DNA of 64,000 nt. Source: Gemmatimonadales bacterium (lineage in GTDB: Bacteria; Gemmatimonadota; Gemmatimonadetes; Gemmatimonadales; GWC2-71-9). Made by a program: the position numbers and the translations under genes. The stretch covers positions 3,643 to 67,642 of the forward strand of contig JBAIWX010000150.1 in assembly GCA_037916975.1 (NCBI GenBank), in the 5' to 3' direction. A model generated the notes under the pieces. The model did not search any database, had not been told where the DNA came from, and saw nothing but the letters and a program-made list of their open reading frames with translations. Shown one piece after another: positions 61,672 to 64,000 of the stretch (positions are counted from its first letter, which is position 1; every line of letters begins with the position of its first letter).

Positions 61672-62426
61672 CCGGCCTCCTCGGCATCGCGGTCGAGGAT
61701 GGCGTCCTCGGCCTCACGCTCGACCGGCCGGCCAAGCGCAATGCGCTGTCGCTCCCGCTCGTCGAGGCGCTCCACGAGGCGCTCGAGCGGGCGGAGCTCG
61801 ACCCGGCGGTGCGCGTGGTGCTGCTCCGCGGGGCGGGGAAGGACTTCTGCGCCGGCGCGGACCTCGAGGAACTGCTCGCCTCCGCCGACCGTGACCCCGC
61901 CGAGAACGAGCGCGATGCCCTCCGCCTCGGCGCCCTCTTCCAGCGCCTCCGCCGCCTCCCACGGCCGGTCGTGGCACTGGTGCACGGCCGGGCCCTCGCG
62001 GGGGGCGCGGGCCTCGCCACGGCGTGCGACCTGGTCGTGCTCGCGGAGGACGCGACGCTGGGCTGGCCCGAGATCCAGCGCGGCTTCGTGCCGGCGATGG
62101 TGATGACCATGCTCCGCCGGCTGGTCGGCGAGCGCGTCGCCTTCGACCTCGTCGCCACCGGGCGCCTGCTCGGCGCCGCGGAGGCCGCGGCCCTGGGCCT
62201 CGCCACGCGCGTGGTCCCGGCCGCCGAGCTCGAGCGTGCCGGGCGCACCCTCGCCCTCCAGCTCGCCGCCGCCGGCCCCTCGGCGATGGCACTCACCAAG
62301 CAGCTCCTCTACGAGCTCGACGGCCGCAGCTTCGACGACGCCATCGCCCTCGGCGCCCGCATCAACGCCCTCGCGCGGACGACGCCCGAGTTCCGCGAGG
62401 CGATCGGCCGGTTCCTCCGACCGTGA
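61668..62426 (+). CDS. Enoyl-CoA hydratase/isomerase (crotonase) family protein
   Basis: LLRGAGKDFCAGADL and ALVHGRALAGGAGLATACD. The GTG overlaps the protease stop (GTGA). Confidence 0.85.
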   Translation: MTGLLGIAVEDGVLGLTLDRPAKRNALSLPLVEALHEALERAELDPAVRVVLLRGAGKDFCAGADLEELLASADRDPAENERDALRLGALFQRLRRLPRPVVALVHGRALAGGAGLATACDLVVLAEDATLGWPEIQRGFVPAMVMTMLRRLVGERVAFDLVATGRLLGAAEAAALGLATRVVPAAELERAGRTLALQLAAAGPSAMALTKQLLYELDGRSFDDAIALGARINALARTTPEFREAIGRFLRP

Positions 62427-62581
62427 CGATCGCGCGCTGGCGCCTCGCGCTCTGGGTGGCCGGACTCGTGGTCGCCGGGGCGGGTGTCATGACGCAGGAC
62501 AGGGTGACCGTCTGGCTGGCCATCGTCCTGCTGATCGCGGCAGCGGGCACGCGGCTGGCGGAGCGGAGGCGTCAGCCGTAA
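62423..62581 (+). CDS. Possible small two-TM membrane protein (52 aa)
   Basis: The GTG overlaps the crotonase stop (GTGA), matching the coupling pattern of the run. It has two hydrophobic helices (WRLALWVAGLVVAGAGVM, VTVWLAIVLLIAAAG). No homology was recognised. Confidence 0.35.
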   Translation: MTIARWRLALWVAGLVVAGAGVMTQDRVTVWLAIVLLIAAAGTRLAERRRQP

Positions 62582-62587
62582 AACGTT

Positions 62588-62616
62588 TTGCTGTAACAAC
62601 TTGTCTGTCGCATAAG
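62588..62616 (+). promoter_or_regulatory. Candidate promoter for the OMP gene (TTGCTG-N17-CATAAG)
   Basis: It lies in an AT-rich patch right after the palindrome AAAACGTTTT (62580-62589). A leader of about 110 nt follows. Confidence 0.25.
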
Positions 62617-62734
62617 CCAATCCTCCTACGCTGGTTCGAGACTTGCTGAGGCCGCCGGCACCCGGCGCGACAGCTTCCGTCGCGCCCCGCCGGCCGCCGC
62701 GCAGCGCGGCCATCAACGTGTTGAGGAGGAAGGC

Positions 62735-63286
62735 ATGAAGGGTCTGGTGAAGGGTCTCGCCGTCGCTGGGCTGGTGCTCGCCTTTGGGGCCGGGTCCGCG
62801 CAGGCGCAGTCGTCCATCGGCGGCTTCGGTGGCCTCACGATTCCCACCGGCACGCTGAGCGACGGCCTCAAGACCGGCTGGCACCTGGGCGCCCTCTATC
62901 GTTTCAAGCCCGCCGCCTCGCCGGTGGGCTTCCAGATCGACGGCATGTACCAGCGCAACAGCTTCAAGGCGCCGGGCGACGGCAACCAGCAGATCTACAA
63001 CGGCACGGCGAACGTCGTCTTCGCCTTCCCGACGGCCGCGTCCAGCGCGTTCAAGCCGTACCTGATCGGCGGCGTGGGCGTCTACAACATCAAGGTCACC
63101 GACAACACGCTGAACGCCTCGGGCAGCGTGACCAAGTTCGGCGTGAACGCGGGCGCCGGCTTCGATATCAAGTTCGGCCCCTCGCCGGCCGTCCTCTTCG
63201 TCGAGGGCCGGTTCCACAACGTCTTCACCGAGGGCACGAACGCGCGCCTCATCCCGATCTCCGCGGGCGTCCGCCTCGGCTTCTGA
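62735..63286 (+). CDS. Outer-membrane beta-barrel protein (OmpW/OmpA-barrel-like, 8-strand class)
   Basis: GAGGAGGAAGGC precedes the ATG. The signal peptide is MKGLVKGLAVAGLVLAFGAGSAQA. Alternating amphipathic strands (FQIDGMY, ANVVFAF, YLIGGVGVY, GVNAGAGFDIKF, LFVEGRFH) are present, and the C-terminus ends in an aromatic residue (...GVRLGF). Confidence 0.75.
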   Translation: MKGLVKGLAVAGLVLAFGAGSAQAQSSIGGFGGLTIPTGTLSDGLKTGWHLGALYRFKPAASPVGFQIDGMYQRNSFKAPGDGNQQIYNGTANVVFAFPTAASSAFKPYLIGGVGVYNIKVTDNTLNASGSVTKFGVNAGAGFDIKFGPSPAVLFVEGRFHNVFTEGTNARLIPISAGVRLGF

Positions 63287-63310
63287 GCCGGCCGCATCCC
63301 GGAACGCGAA

Positions 63311-63343
63311 CGGCCCCGCCATCCGGCGGGGCCGCTTCGTTTT
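63311..63343 (+). terminator. Rho-independent terminator of the OMP gene
   Basis: CGGCCCCGCC-ATCC-GGCGGGGCCG is a 10-bp stem followed by CTTCGTTTT. Confidence 0.65.
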
Positions 63344-63360
63344 CCGGACCGGCGCGGCGG

Positions 63361-64000
63361 CTACATGTTGCGGCGGTACTGCCCGCCCACCTCGTAGAGC
63401 GCCCGCGACAACTCGCCCAGCGTGCACGACTTCACCGCCTCCATCAGCGTCGCGAAGACGTTGCCGCCGGCGAGTGCCGTGCGCCGGAGTTCGCCGAGCG
63501 CCCCCGGGCTGCGCTCCGCGTTCCGGCGCTGGAACGCCTCCCGGCTCGCGATCGCGTACGCCCGCTCCTCGGGCGTCGAGCGGATCACCTCGGCGGGAAC
63601 CATCGTCGGCGAGCCCTTGGGGTCGAGGAAGGTGTTGACCCCGACGATGGGCAGCGTCCCGTCGTGCTTCCGGGACTCGTAGAGGAGCGATTCGTCCTGG
63701 ATCCGGCTCCGCTGGTACATCCGCTCCATGGCGCCCAGCACGCCGCCGCGCTCGGCGAGCCGCCGGAACTCGAGCAGGACCGCTTCCTCGACCAGGTCCG
63801 TCAGCTCCTCGATGATGAACGCACCCTGCAGCGGGTTCTCGTTCCGCGCCAGGCCGAGCTCCCGGTTGATGATGAGCTGGATGGCGAGCGCCCGGCGGAC
63901 GCTCTCCTCGGTCGGCGTGGTGATCGCCTCGTCGTAGGCGTTCGTGTGCAGCGAGTTGCAGTTGTCGTAGATCGCGTAGAGCGCCTGCAGCGTCGTCCGG
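63361..64000 (-). CDS. Methylmalonyl-CoA mutase family protein, IcmF/isobutyryl-CoA mutase-like, C-terminal part (5' end outside window)
   Basis: The frame is open from the window edge (codons from 63999 downward) to the stop at 63361. It reads ...[36 protein letters not shown]...LPIVGVNTF...[21 protein letters not shown]. The B12-mutase catalytic-domain motifs and the GQYRRNM terminus are as I recall for IcmF/IcmA. Confidence 0.8.
   Translation of the reverse strand, partial: RTTLQALYAIYDNCNSLHTNAYDEAITTPTEESVRRALAIQLIINRELGLARNENPLQGAFIIEELTDLVEEAVLLEFRRLAERGGVLGAMERMYQRSRIQDESLLYESRKHDGTLPIVGVNTFLDPKGSPTMVPAEVIRSTPEERAYAIASREAFQRRNAERSPGALGELRRTALAGGNVFATLMEAVKSCTLGELSRALYEVGGQYRRNM

Overview
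The window is a very GC-rich (by eye about 70% or more), extremely gene-dense stretch of bacterial chromosome. I saw no transposase, integrase, phage genes, rRNA, tRNA or CRISPR array. There is one tmRNA gene. Most long ORFs in the six-frame track are GC-driven read-through or antisense artefacts; about 60 real genes were resolved from recognisable motifs and start/stop geometry.

Genes sit in a few very long same-strand runs, with neighbours joined by ATGA, GTGA or TGATG start/stop overlaps.

Order of content:
- corA 3' end, a GGDEF cyclase, a TetR regulator, tmRNA (tag ANTDLALAA) and a class-V aminotransferase.
- DUF2911, purK and purE, then a Zn-ribbon membrane protein.
- A 12-gene minus-strand run: truA, htrA, purB, purC, psd, pssA, purS, purQ, a BamE-like gene, purL, purF, ppdK.
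- trpD, then lexA.
- A plus-strand run: trpC, trpF, trpB, a HEAT-repeat protein, an HD-GYP protein, trpA, a polytopic GAF-MCP, folK, panB, panC, panD, a yqeK-like gene and a LytR_C gene.
- A serine-cycle block: gckA divergent from sgaA, mclA, mtkA, mtkB, hprA, ppc.
- rlmN.
- aspS, phoH, ybeY, two CNNM genes, mgtE and a SulP transporter.
- An eRF1/Pelota-like (baeRF-type) protein, a HAD hydrolase, an acyl-CoA carboxyltransferase, an S8 protease, a crotonase and a small membrane ORF.
- An outer-membrane beta-barrel protein and the 3' end of an IcmF/MCM-family mutase.

Most interesting observations:
1. A signalling set (HEAT protein, HD-GYP, GAF-MCP) is welded into the trpB/trpA/folK junctions.
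2. The dedicated serine-cycle enzyme set is present without C1-entry genes in view.
3. A bacterial eRF1/Pelota-fold protein lacks GGQ.
4. TTCGG-N6-TTCGG direct repeats lie in the lexA promoter region.

ORF coordinates follow the supplied track. Hand-indexed hairpin and promoter coordinates may be off by 1-2 nt. Taxonomic origin cannot be established from this sequence alone.
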